Origin: a virus
Lineage: Duplodnaviria; Caudoviricetes
Reading direction: 5' to 3' (one strand)
Length of the DNA stretch: 64,000 nt
Virus record (IMG/VR): IMGVR_UViG_3300014205_000183
Shown: positions 30,930 to 38,024 of the stretch, in pieces
Numbering within the stretch: the first letter of the stretch is position 1
Layout of the letters: each line of letters starts with the position of its first letter
Made by a program: the position numbers and the translations under genes
Notes under the pieces: model-generated
What the model saw: the letters and a program-made list of their open reading frames with translations, nothing else
Databases searched by the model: none
Told to the model about the DNA's origin: nothing

Positions 30930-31018
30930 TGGCGGATGAAGTGAGACTCGAACTCACAACGCCGTCTCTGGCGCTACTGCTTTTCAAGAGCAGCTCCCGT
31001 TCCAGCAGGAACTCATCC
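30930..31018 (-). tRNA. tRNA-Ser(UGA)
   Basis: CUGCU-CUUGAAA-AGCAG; long variable arm; CCA. Confidence 0.85.
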
Positions 31019-31026
31019 ATATATTT

Positions 31027-31103
31027 TGGAGCACCCTCCCGGAATTGCACCGAGGTATTAATCGGGTTGCGACCGACCGCCTTACTGTCTTGGCTAAGAG
31101 TGC
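31027..31103 (-). tRNA. tRNA-Cys(GCA)
   Basis: Loop UCGCAAC; U73; CCA. Confidence 0.85.
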
Positions 31104-31113
31104 ATATAAATTT

Positions 31114-31194
31114 TGGTGCGCTAGGAGGGACTTGCACCCCCACGATTTCTCGGCAGATCCTAAGTCTGCTGCGTCTGCATTCCGCCACAAGCGC
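31114..31194 (-). tRNA. tRNA-Leu(UAG)
   Basis: GCAGA-CUUAGGA-UCUGC; CCA. Confidence 0.9.
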
Positions 31195-31200
31195 ATAATC

Positions 31201-31277
31201 TGGTATCCTCGGTTGGATTCTAACCAACGACATCCTCTTTAGGAAAGAAGAACTCTGAACAGCTGAGCTACGAGGAT
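31201..31277 (-). tRNA. tRNA-Arg(CCU)
   Basis: Loop UUCCUAA; CCA. Confidence 0.85.
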
Positions 31278-31278
31278 A

Positions 31279-31355
31279 TGGTGCTTCGAGTCGGACTTAA
31301 ACCGACGGCATCAGCCTTCGGAAAGCTGCGCTCTATTCATCTGAGCTATCGAAGC
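31279..31355 (-). tRNA. tRNA-Arg(CCG)
   Basis: Loop UUCCGAA; CCA. Confidence 0.88.
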
Positions 31356-31360
31356 CTGTT

Positions 31361-31437
31361 TGGCGTTCATGGAAGGACTTGAACCTTCAGCCTCCTGGTC
31401 CGTAGCCAGGTGCTCTATCCAATTGAGCTACACGAAC
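31361..31437 (-). tRNA. tRNA-Arg(ACG)
   Basis: Loop CUACGGA; CCA. Confidence 0.92.
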
Positions 31438-31443
31438 ATATTT

Positions 31444-31519
31444 TGGCAGGAGAGGCCGGAGTTGAACCGACGACATCCAGCTCCAGAGGCTGGCGTTCTA
31501 CCAACTGAACTACTCTCCA
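31444..31519 (-). tRNA. tRNA-Gln(CUG)
   Basis: Loop CUCUGGA; CCA. Confidence 0.9.
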
Positions 31520-31526
31520 ACGATTT

Positions 31527-31600
31527 TGGCTGAGGTGCATCGACTTGCACGATGATAACAGGCTCCAAAGGCCTGGGTCCTACTATTGAACGACACCCCA
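31527..31600 (-). tRNA. tRNA-Gln(UUG)
   Basis: Loop CUUUGGA; CCA. Confidence 0.9.
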
Positions 31601-31634
31601 AAATTTTTAAAAGAGCCGGGTGGTTGTCCCCGGC

Positions 31635-32195
31635 TTATGCTTCAAGTTCAACATCCCAATAAACAAAGTCTTTCCAACTCTCGTGCGGCAGGTGCTTAAG
31701 AGCCTGAATCTTCAGGGTTATTTCACGCTCAAGAGAGAGGTCGTACTTCGGCGCCTGGGGTGTGCACCACAAGTGCATTCCAGCTTGTGCCGGCGTTCGG
31801 TTAGCCTTCTTGCCGTTGCAAGCTAAGCAGCAGCATACAAGATTACGCCAATGACTTGTTCCACCCTGGTCACGAGGAACCACGTGGTCCCAGTGCATCT
31901 TCTGGATAGGTAAAAACGTCCGGCAATACTGACAATGCCCCCGGTCACGAATCCACAGATTCTTACGGGACAGCCGCATAACACGGCCACGCTTCTGGAC
32001 ATTGCCCGCAAAGTAAAGCAATCTGATAATAGCTGGGGCTTCCATAGCCTGCTTCCAGGAACGCAGATGCTTATCGGGGTAACTGGCAATGATTTCAGCG
32101 CGACCAGCTTCCACTTTCGTGATAGCATCTTCCCAACTAGCATACATATTCACAGGCGCATAGTTGCGGCTCAACACTAAACAAGTTGTACTCAT
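31635..32195 (-). CDS. HNH endonuclease (McrA-like)
   Basis: RDRGHCQYC, DHVVPRDQGG, WRNLV..C..CN..K; AGGAGG RBS. Confidence 0.92.
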   Translation of the reverse strand: MSTTCLVLSRNYAPVNMYASWEDAITKVEAGRAEIIASYPDKHLRSWKQAMEAPAIIRLLYFAGNVQKRGRVMRLSRKNLWIRDRGHCQYCRTFLPIQKMHWDHVVPRDQGGTSHWRNLVCCCLACNGKKANRTPAQAGMHLWCTPQAPKYDLSLEREITLKIQALKHLPHESWKDFVYWDVELEA

Positions 32196-32224
32196 TGAAT
32201 TACCTCCTTTCTGTGATTAAGTTT

Positions 32225-32299
32225 TGGAGCGGCAAGCGGGCATCGCACCCGCGACATTCACCTTGGCAAGGTGACATTCTACTACTGAATTATTGCCGC
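32225..32299 (-). tRNA. tRNA-Gly(GCC)
   Basis: Loop UUGCCAA; CCA. Confidence 0.9.
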
Positions 32300-32311
32300 A
32301 TATTATAAATT

Positions 32312-32385
32312 TGGTACCCCTACTTGGAATCGGACCAAGGTCCACGGATTAAGAGTCCGCTGCACTACCACTGTGCTATAGAGGC
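32312..32385 (-). tRNA. tRNA-Lys(CUU)
   Basis: Loop CUCUUAA; CCA. Confidence 0.88.
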
Positions 32386-32386
32386 A

Positions 32387-32463
32387 TGGTGCTTCCGGTG
32401 AGTATCGCACTCACGACCCCCTCATTAAAAGTGAGGTGCTCTAACTAGCTGAGCTACGGAGGC
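32387..32463 (-). tRNA. tRNA-Lys(UUU)
   Basis: Loop CUUUUAA; CCA. Confidence 0.9.
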
Positions 32464-32478
32464 ATAATTTTAAATTTG

Positions 32479-32551
32479 AGCCTTCTGCCGGAGTCGCGCC
32501 GGCGACCTGCTGCTTACGAAACAGCTGCTCTACTGACTGAGCTAAGAAGGC
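32479..32551 (-). tRNA. tRNA-Thr(CGU)
   Basis: Loop UUCGUAA; no encoded CCA. Confidence 0.85.
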
Positions 32552-32577
32552 ACGCCTGATGGCGCTTGGCTGTTATT

Positions 32578-32653
32578 TGGAGCCTGCGACCGGAGTTGCA
32601 CCGATGACTTCCACATTACAAGTATGGCGCTCTACTGACTGAGCTACGCAGGC
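32578..32653 (-). tRNA. tRNA-Thr(UGU)
   Basis: Loop CUUGUAA; CCA. Confidence 0.9.
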
Positions 32654-32794
32654 AAGTTTAAACCCACTACCGTCCTCCCCCGCCCCTCGTACGAATTTCA
32701 CGTAGCCGCTTGGGTCAACCCGGCAGCAGATGACTTAATGACTCTATAAATCCGAGAAATGACAACATAAAACTTTTAAATGACAATATAAAAA

Positions 32795-32865
32795 TGGAAC
32801 TGCGGGGAGTCGCACCCCGGTCTCGACTATGCCATAGTCGGATTCTACTGCTGAAATACAGCCCC
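32795..32865 (-). tRNA. tRNA-Ala(GGC)
   Basis: Loop AUGGCAU; G3-U70. Confidence 0.85.
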
Positions 32866-32875
32866 AGATTGATTT

Positions 32876-32951
32876 TGGTGGAATCGAAGGGCATCGAACC
32901 CTCAACCCCTAGCTTGCAAAGCTAGTGCTCTCCCAATTGAGCTACGACCCC
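32876..32951 (-). tRNA. tRNA-Ala(UGC)
   Basis: Loop UUUGCAA; G3-U70; CCA. Confidence 0.92.
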
Positions 32952-32956
32952 ATATT

Positions 32957-33030
32957 TGGTACCCCTACGCGGTTATGCTCCGCGGTCAGATGGCTGAAAA
33001 CCACCGGTTCTACTATTAAACTATAGGGGC
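32957..33030 (-). tRNA. tRNA-Glu(UUC)
   Basis: Loop UUUUCAG; atypical T loop; CCA. Confidence 0.85.
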
Positions 33031-33038
33031 ATGAATTT

Positions 33039-33113
33039 TGGTACTCATATGGGGAATTGCACCCCAGTCAGACGGCTGAGAACCGCCGATCCTAACTACT
33101 GGACGATATGAGT
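33039..33113 (-). tRNA. tRNA-Glu(CUC)
   Basis: Loop UUCUCAG; CCA. Confidence 0.88.
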
Positions 33114-33121
33114 ATGTATTT

Positions 33122-33197
33122 TGGTGCGAACTCCCGGAATCGCACCGGGGACGCCAGCCTTTTCAGGGCTGCGCTCTACTGTCTGAGCTAAGTCCGC
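33122..33197 (-). tRNA. tRNA-Phe(GAA)
   Basis: Loop CUGAAAA; CCA. Confidence 0.9.
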
Positions 33198-33207
33198 ATA
33201 ATAATTT

Positions 33208-33283
33208 TGGCACGGGTAGTAGGATTTGCACCCACATCTCCAGGCTTAGAAAACCTGCACACTATCTATTGTGCTATACCCGT
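33208..33283 (-). tRNA. tRNA-Arg(UCU)
   Basis: Loop UUUCUAA; CCA. Confidence 0.88.
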
Positions 33284-33288
33284 AAGAT

Positions 33289-33410
33289 TGGAGGATTCCG
33301 CCAGGCTATTCTGGACCGCCCGGCAATGCCCGCACGTCATACAGGCTTAGATACCGGTTACACACCGATGACGTCGGTGCAGTGGCGGAGCATTGCAACT
33401 CCCGGAACTC
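33289..33410 (-). ncRNA. Unassigned ~120-nt CCA-ending structured RNA
   Basis: UUCCG/CGGAA paired termini followed by UCCUCCA; internal ACGUCAU/AUGACGU stem. Confidence 0.55.
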
Positions 33411-33414
33411 TTTT

Positions 33415-33489
33415 TGGAGCGCCTGGCCGGATTCCCACCGGCGTAAGTCAGCTTGGAAGGCTGGTGGACAAGTACTATCCCACAGACGC
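33415..33489 (-). tRNA. tRNA-Gly(UCC)
   Basis: Loop CUUCCAA; T loop UGGGAAU; CCA. Confidence 0.85.
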
Positions 33490-33571
33490 ATAATGTTAAC
33501 AAAGGTGTGGTGGGCGCCCCGGATTCTCAGGTCCTGGCCGACCAGATTCCACTTCACCTTCAAATTTTAAA

Positions 33572-33647
33572 ATCTCCGGTAGCCCGACTCGAACGGACTC
33601 AGGCGCCCGCTAAGGCCCCCTGCTACCCTTACATCATTCCCGAAGAT
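33572..33647 (-). pseudogene. Degenerate tRNA-like element
   Basis: Paired termini and GUCCG-UUCGAGU-CGGGC T arm; poor D and anticodon arms. Confidence 0.5.
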
Positions 33648-33722
33648 ATTGTACAGGAGACCATCCGCGTTGTCACGTAGAAGCCAGTTTTACCGCGTTT
33701 GCAGCCCGAACCTGTTTACTTT

Positions 33723-33798
33723 TGGTAGCGCAGGTGAGAATCCAACTCACCGCCCCAGGCTTATGAGACCCGGATGCCCAGCAGGGCACCTCCGCGCA
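33723..33798 (-). tRNA. tRNA-Met(CAU), initiator-like, aberrant D arm
   Basis: Loop CUCAUAA; 1-72 mismatch; CCA. Confidence 0.75.
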
Positions 33799-33801
33799 AT
33801 T

Positions 33802-33877
33802 TGGTATCGCCAGCTCGATTCGCACGAGCGACATCAGCCTTATGAGAGCTGCGTTCTTCTACCTGAACTATGGCGAT
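33802..33877 (-). tRNA. tRNA-Met/Ile2(CAU)
   Basis: Loop CUCAUAA; CCA. Confidence 0.85.
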
Positions 33878-33885
33878 ATGAATTT

Positions 33886-33961
33886 TGGCTGTCCGGGCAA
33901 GGATCGAACTTGCGACCTTCTCATTAACAGTGAGTTGCTCTGCCTACTGAGCTACTGGACA
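33886..33961 (-). tRNA. tRNA-Asn(GUU)
   Basis: Loop CUGUUAA; CCA. Confidence 0.9.
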
Positions 33962-33992
33962 ATGAATTACTGTTATATTTATATGCGTGTTA

Positions 33993-34970
33993 CTAATTAT
34001 TTTTTAAACTTGTTCTGTACGCTTGATAATGGGATAAGGAACAGAAAAAATGAGATTGATTACATTTTTCTTTTTCTTTTATTCTCTTAACTTTTATAGC
34101 AAATAAGCTATGACAATATGCACAGGATATTTGTGTATACGCGGCTCTTTTTATTCGACCCTGCTTTCCTTGTTCTACAAATGCCACACGGTGTGTGAGA
34201 TTATTCTTAGTCCAATATCCGCGCCCTATTTTTGTATGTATCCCGTACAATTTACACCATTTTCTTATGGAATTTCCAGTTACTCCGTAAACCTGCGCTA
34301 TTTTTGTGATGGGCGAGGATTTAACTAATAATTGTAATTGCTCCATACTAGGTCTGTTCGTAATTTTTTTTACTGCATGCTGTCTGGCAGCACACGAGAG
34401 ACATCGGGTGCTTACTTTTGAAATTATCGAACCACAATCAATGCAATTTTTGATCTTTCGTCTATTTTTACCGTTGGTGGTGGGTAGCTGCATATTACAA
34501 TTAGGACATACTATTCTTAAATTTTCTATACGATAATCATCTCGATGTCCATTTATATGGTCAAGTATTAACGTTAATGGTTTTTCAAACCATTCTGGTC
34601 TTTGTCCACATAATGCACATATATTTTTTAAAATACCCTCTTTCAATAATCGATGTTTAAGTCCTCGATTATCTTTACACGGAGAGTGGTTTATAAGTAA
34701 TTCACTAAGAGGTCTAGCAGGAACTCTGAACTTTAAATCCGCTCCTTGTTTAGCTTTAAAATGTTCAATATTTATTTTATCATAATCTAATCGTTCTTTT
34801 AACGCACGAAGTGCCGCGCCGTTCTTAACCCTACCAAAGTAAGACAGTATAGCTGAAAAGGACGAACATTTTTTAACAACCTGCTCAAAAGTATCCCGGT
34901 CTAAAGACCAGAACACTCCATTACGCTTTAGTTGTCTTTCTTTACTATAATGTTCTTGGTTCATATCCAT
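33993..34970 (-). CDS. HNH homing endonuclease with Zn-finger/HTH DNA-binding tail
   Basis: CALC..LILDHINGHRDDYRIENLRIVCPNC; KIAQVYGVTGNSIRKW. Confidence 0.88.
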   Translation of the reverse strand: MDMNQEHYSKERQLKRNGVFWSLDRDTFEQVVKKCSSFSAILSYFGRVKNGAALRALKERLDYDKINIEHFKAKQGADLKFRVPARPLSELLINHSPCKDNRGLKHRLLKEGILKNICALCGQRPEWFEKPLTLILDHINGHRDDYRIENLRIVCPNCNMQLPTTNGKNRRKIKNCIDCGSIISKVSTRCLSCAARQHAVKKITNRPSMEQLQLLVKSSPITKIAQVYGVTGNSIRKWCKLYGIHTKIGRGYWTKNNLTHRVAFVEQGKQGRIKRAAYTQISCAYCHSLFAIKVKRIKEKEKCNQSHFFCSLSHYQAYRTSLKNN

Positions 34971-35010
34971 AATAAACTAAATAAAACAAAATAACAAAGC
35001 AAGAAAAATA

Positions 35011-35087
35011 CAGGGCTGACGGGACTTGCACCCGCAAAAACCTCCCGCGTGACAGGCGGGCGCTCTAACTATTTGAGCTACAGCCCT
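35011..35087 (-). tRNA. tRNA-Asp(GUC)
   Basis: Loop CUGUCAC; no encoded CCA. Confidence 0.88.
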
Positions 35088-35099
35088 ATGAATTTTAAA

Positions 35100-35175
35100 T
35101 GGAGCCTTCAAGGAGAATCGCACTCCTGACCTCGTCCTTACCAAGGACGTGCTCTACTAACTAAGCTATGAAGGC
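35100..35175 (-). tRNA. tRNA-Thr(GGU)
   Basis: Loop UUGGUAA; CCA. Confidence 0.9.
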
Positions 35176-35176
35176 A

Positions 35177-35262
35177 TGGCGGAGAAGGTGAGATTTGCAC
35201 TCACAGACCATCGCTGGTTGCGGCGTTTCCAACACCGTGCTCGACTACTGAGCGACTTCTCC
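35177..35262 (-). tRNA. tRNA-Ser(GGA)
   Basis: Loop UUGGAAA; long variable arm; CCA. Confidence 0.87.
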
Positions 35263-35266
35263 ATTT

Positions 35267-35353
35267 TGGCGGAAGTAGAAAGACTTGAACTTTCATACCC
35301 TTTCGGGTTTGCCAGTTTTCGAGGCTGGTGACCTACCATTGGTCGATACTTCC
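35267..35353 (-). tRNA. tRNA-Ser(CGA)
   Basis: Loop CUCGAAA; long variable arm; CCA. Confidence 0.87.
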
Positions 35354-35404
35354 ATCTTCACGTCTTCACGTTTACGTGAAACCATGATATTTCGTGAATA
35401 ATAT

Positions 35405-35494
35405 TGGCGGAAGAGACAGGACTTGCACCTGCAAGACGGTTTTAACCGCCGGATGGTTAGCAACCACCTGCCTTACTGATTAGACTACTCTTCC
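35405..35494 (-). tRNA. tRNA-Ser(GCU)
   Basis: Loop UUGCUAA; long variable arm; CCA. Confidence 0.88.
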
Positions 35495-35499
35495 ATATT

Positions 35500-35576
35500 T
35501 GGTACTCCGTAATCGAGTTGCACGATTGACCTTCGCCTTATCAGAGCGACGTTCTAACTAACTGAACTAACGGAGC
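35500..35576 (-). tRNA. tRNA-Ile(GAU)
   Basis: Loop CUGAUAA; CCA. Confidence 0.9.
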
Positions 35577-35580
35577 AAGT

Positions 35581-35657
35581 TGGTACGGGAGATACGATTT
35601 GCACGTACATATGTCACCTTATAAGAGTGATGCCTTAACTAGTCGAGCCACTCCCGT
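35581..35657 (-). tRNA. tRNA-Ile(UAU)
   Basis: UCACU-CUUAUAA-GGUGA; CCA. Confidence 0.87.
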
Positions 35658-35665
35658 GAGAATAT

Positions 35666-35740
35666 TGGCAGGCCGACTCGGACTCGAACCGAGGTCAATG
35701 GTTTTGGAGACCACCACACTAACCGCTGTGCTATCAGCCT
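35666..35740 (-). tRNA. tRNA-Trp(CCA)
   Basis: Loop CUCCAAA; CCA. Confidence 0.9.
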
Positions 35741-35747
35741 ATGAAAT

Positions 35748-35824
35748 TGGTCAGCATGACAGGATTTGCACCTGCGGTCTCTCGGTCCCGAACCGAGCGC
35801 ACTACTGGGCTGTGCTACATGCTG
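35748..35824 (-). tRNA. tRNA-Pro(CGG)
   Basis: Loop UUCGGGA; CCA. Confidence 0.9.
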
Positions 35825-35907
35825 ATGATTTTAGCGGACACACCGGCGCAGACAACCGCAGAGAGGGTACTACCCATTGGAGCTGACTGTCCGACATGTC
35901 CTGGATT

Positions 35908-35984
35908 TGGTCGGGTAAGCCGGAATCGCACCGACGACATTCTGGTCCCAAACCAGACGCTCTACTTGGCTGAGCTACTACCCG
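35908..35984 (-). tRNA. tRNA-Pro(UGG)
   Basis: Loop UUUGGGA; CCA. Confidence 0.9.
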
Positions 35985-36000
35985 TAATACTTTAGAGTTG

Positions 36001-36675
36001 TTAATTTGTTTTTGTCTTAATCAAATTATGTAAAGTTTTTCTTCCTTTACCATGATTAAGACCACCCCACGTGGGTGTCATAGCATGACAATTAGGACAT
36101 AAAACTTCATGATTACCTGGTGTTTGATTGAAGGCATTGCCATCTTTGTGGTTTACTTGCAGTACACTTTTATTTGATGAGGGATTTGGCTTATTAAATC
36201 CACATTGTTGGCATTTGTAACCTGCTTCTTTTATTAGATAGTTTCGTAAGATACGAGGTATGGGCATCGGCCCGTTTTTTAAACCGGCTTTCCATTCAGT
36301 TATATATTTTTGTTGCCTATATTTTACTTGACAACTATGCGAACAATATTTTTGATTACCTGGTATCTCTTTTTGGCATTCTACACATTTTGAAATACTT
36401 GATTTTCTTTTAGGAAACATCCTGTTATTATACACCGCAGCACACGATCTGCTGCAAAAGATATTTTTACTTTTCTTTCTACGTGCCCTGTATTGTGTTA
36501 GTGTAAGTTCTTTTCCGCAGTTTATGCAATTAAGTTTTTCCCTAACCTTAAACCACTTATCCTGATTTAATTGAATGAGGCATTTTTTAGAACATACGGA
36601 CTTTGGTCGATATTTTAATCGAAAGTTACTTCTAACTATTGGTGCTTGGCAAACACAACATTTAACAACAGGCAT
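36001..36675 (-). CDS. HNH homing endonuclease with N-terminal Zn-finger repeats
   Basis: Three CxxC..CSxxC repeats; CQQC..LQVNHKDGNAFN...LCPNCH; start uncertain. Confidence 0.85.
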   Translation of the reverse strand: MPVVKCCVCQAPIVRSNFRLKYRPKSVCSKKCLIQLNQDKWFKVREKLNCINCGKELTLTQYRARRKKSKNIFCSRSCAAVYNNRMFPKRKSSISKCVECQKEIPGNQKYCSHSCQVKYRQQKYITEWKAGLKNGPMPIPRILRNYLIKEAGYKCQQCGFNKPNPSSNKSVLQVNHKDGNAFNQTPGNHEVLCPNCHAMTPTWGGLNHGKGRKTLHNLIKTKTN

Positions 36676-36765
36676 ACCTATAATATATCTTAAAGGAGTC
36701 GAAAAAGCTAATACAATACACCATATTAAGATATTACTATGTTCGAATCCCAATATACTTTAAAA

Positions 36766-36841
36766 TGGGGTGTCGTACGGGTTCTGCCCCCGTGCCGCAT
36801 CCTCCACAGGGATGTGTGCTTCTAGTTACACTAACGACACC
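36766..36841 (-). tRNA. tRNA-His(GUG)
   Basis: Loop CUGUGGA; G-1:C73; CCA. Confidence 0.87.
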
Positions 36842-36863
36842 ATGATTTCATATGAGTATTTCC

Positions 36864-36941
36864 TGAAGGGGACCCACCGCTGTGGATGCCGGGTATCACC
36901 CCGGTTCAGGCAATGCGCCGCCTGATTTTAAGTCCCCTTCA
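36864..36941 (-). ncRNA. Unassigned four-way-junction RNA
   Basis: UGAAGGGGAC/GUCCCCUUCA closing stem with three internal hairpins. Confidence 0.55.
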
Positions 36942-36958
36942 AGAAACAAATTTTAATT

Positions 36959-37038
36959 TACCCCCACTGAGACTTGCACTCAGAAGCCGAAGCATAGAGG
37001 CTTAAACTCTACGTGTTTTCTAATTTCACCATGGGGGC
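36959..37038 (-). tRNA. tRNA-Leu(UAA)
   Basis: Loop UUUAAGC; no encoded CCA. Confidence 0.85.
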
Positions 37039-37050
37039 AAGGGCTAGTTT

Positions 37051-37126
37051 TGGTGCCGTCGGAGGTGGTTGCAACCTCACTGGGTGGCTTTTGAGACCAC
37101 TATCTCTGCTCTTGGATTACGACGGC
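37051..37126 (-). tRNA. tRNA-Leu(CAA), short variable loop
   Basis: Loop CUCAAAA; CCA. Confidence 0.82.
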
Positions 37127-37131
37127 AAATT

Positions 37132-37210
37132 TGGTGCCGCCAGGACTCTCCCTAGGGGCAGTGGTCACACCACTGACATTCCACGAATGAATGCGATGAG
37201 CAGGTGTCGC
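37132..37210 (-). pseudogene. Degenerate tRNA-like element ending in CCA
   Basis: CAGUGG/CCACUG and CUAGG/CCUGG hairpins then CGGCACCA; 5' half unrecognisable. Confidence 0.4.
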
Positions 37211-37223
37211 TGATACATATGCA

Positions 37224-37311
37224 TGGTACTTCGGGTGGGACTTGCACCCACAGGTGAGCTTGCGCTCGCGTGCACCTCAAGCACGTAGCTATGCTATTCG
37301 CCTACCGAAGT
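37224..37311 (-). tRNA. tRNA-Leu(GAG)
   Basis: Loop UUGAGGU; long variable arm; CCA. Confidence 0.87.
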
Positions 37312-37318
37312 ATGATTT

Positions 37319-37402
37319 TGGTGCGCCGTGATGGAATCGAACCACCTGTCCGTTAAGAACGCCGGGTTACAACCGGTTACCCCGCCATGGAGAATACGAC
37401 GC
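37319..37402 (-). tRNA. tRNA-Tyr(GUA)
   Basis: Loop UUGUAAC; variable arm; CCA. Confidence 0.85.
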
Positions 37403-37425
37403 ATGAATTTTAAAAAGAAAAATAA

Positions 37426-37497
37426 TAGGGCCAGAAAGACTTGCACTTTCAACCTTCTGGATGTAAGCCAGCTGCGCTGCTATTGCGCCATGGCCCC
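37426..37497 (-). tRNA. tRNA-Val(UAC)
   Basis: Loop CUUACAU; no encoded CCA. Confidence 0.87.
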
Positions 37498-37521
37498 ATA
37501 TTTGAATAATCGTACCTGAAA

Positions 37522-37532
37522 TGTCAAAGATC
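37522..37532 (-). promoter_or_regulatory. boxA-like antitermination site before the first tRNA
   Basis: GATCTTTGACA about 25 nt upstream of tRNA-Val. Confidence 0.6.
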
Positions 37533-37746
37533 TTATCACCCGGACGTTCCCCGTGTGCCAGTAGCTCCAGCGCGGCTTACGCGGCTTACGGAGTTCCCAG
37601 TATATCAATTAGCTATCGACAAAAAAAGAACGCGCAGGCTAGTGTGTTGGCACCAACATGCGCGTTCTAATTTATACCTGATGGTTTGGATGGCCGTCCG
37701 TGCCACCAGGCTGTCGAAAATTTTCTAACTCTATCCTACTAAACCC

Positions 37747-37810
37747 AAAACAAAAAACCCTCGGTTTTGGCCGAGGGTTCTTCTTTTATCTGTGCAAGAA
37801 AAAACCCTCG
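37747..37810 (-). promoter_or_regulatory. Transcription attenuator (antiterminator/terminator)
   Basis: CGAGGGUUUUUUCUU pairs with AAGAAGAACCCUCG; alternatively AACCCUCGG pairs with CCGAGGGUU followed by a U tract. Confidence 0.85.
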
Positions 37811-37948
37811 TTAGGTTCGGTGTCCTTCCATATCATTATTGCCTAGTGTGGCAACAGTCATATAGACTGACAAACAAATGGGCTGCGCCCATACGCCTGT
37901 GCGTCTTTGACTTTTGGATATAAATGGGGTTTTTAATAACGAAGACAT
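37811..37948 (-). CDS. 45-aa leader peptide MSSLLKTPFISKSQRRTGVWAQPICLSVYMTVATLGNNDMEGHRT
   Basis: AGAGG RBS; lies between promoter and attenuator; stop codon abuts the antiterminator strand. Confidence 0.8.
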   Translation of the reverse strand: MSSLLKTPFISKSQRRTGVWAQPICLSVYMTVATLGNNDMEGHRT

Positions 37949-37995
37949 TTTTCCTCTTTTAACTTTTTAATGTTTCTAAATCTACAAGCTCCCTT

Positions 37996-38024
37996 AATAT
38001 AGCACATGAAATATGGAATGTCAA
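37996..38024 (-). promoter_or_regulatory. Promoter of the tRNA array
   Basis: TTGACA-17-TATATT with extended -10 TG and A-tract UP element. Confidence 0.85.

Noticed and set aside
30930-31018. Possible tRNA-Sec or opal suppressor
   Set aside because: The anticodon is UGA (Ser), not UCA; the acceptor stem is 7 bp
33208-33283. Possible amber suppressor (CUA in loop) and stop-codon recoding
   Set aside because: The centred anticodon is UCU; long genes read intact in the standard code
30930-37497. Theta (HDV-like) ribozymes behind tRNAs
   Set aside because: Most trailers are short and AU-rich; no nested double pseudoknot recognised by eye
27801-37519. Short ORF-track ORFs overlapping tRNA/ncRNA genes (e.g. 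28164, 30799, 33306, 35599, 37013)
   Set aside because: They overlap clear RNA genes and lack RBSs and protein motifs
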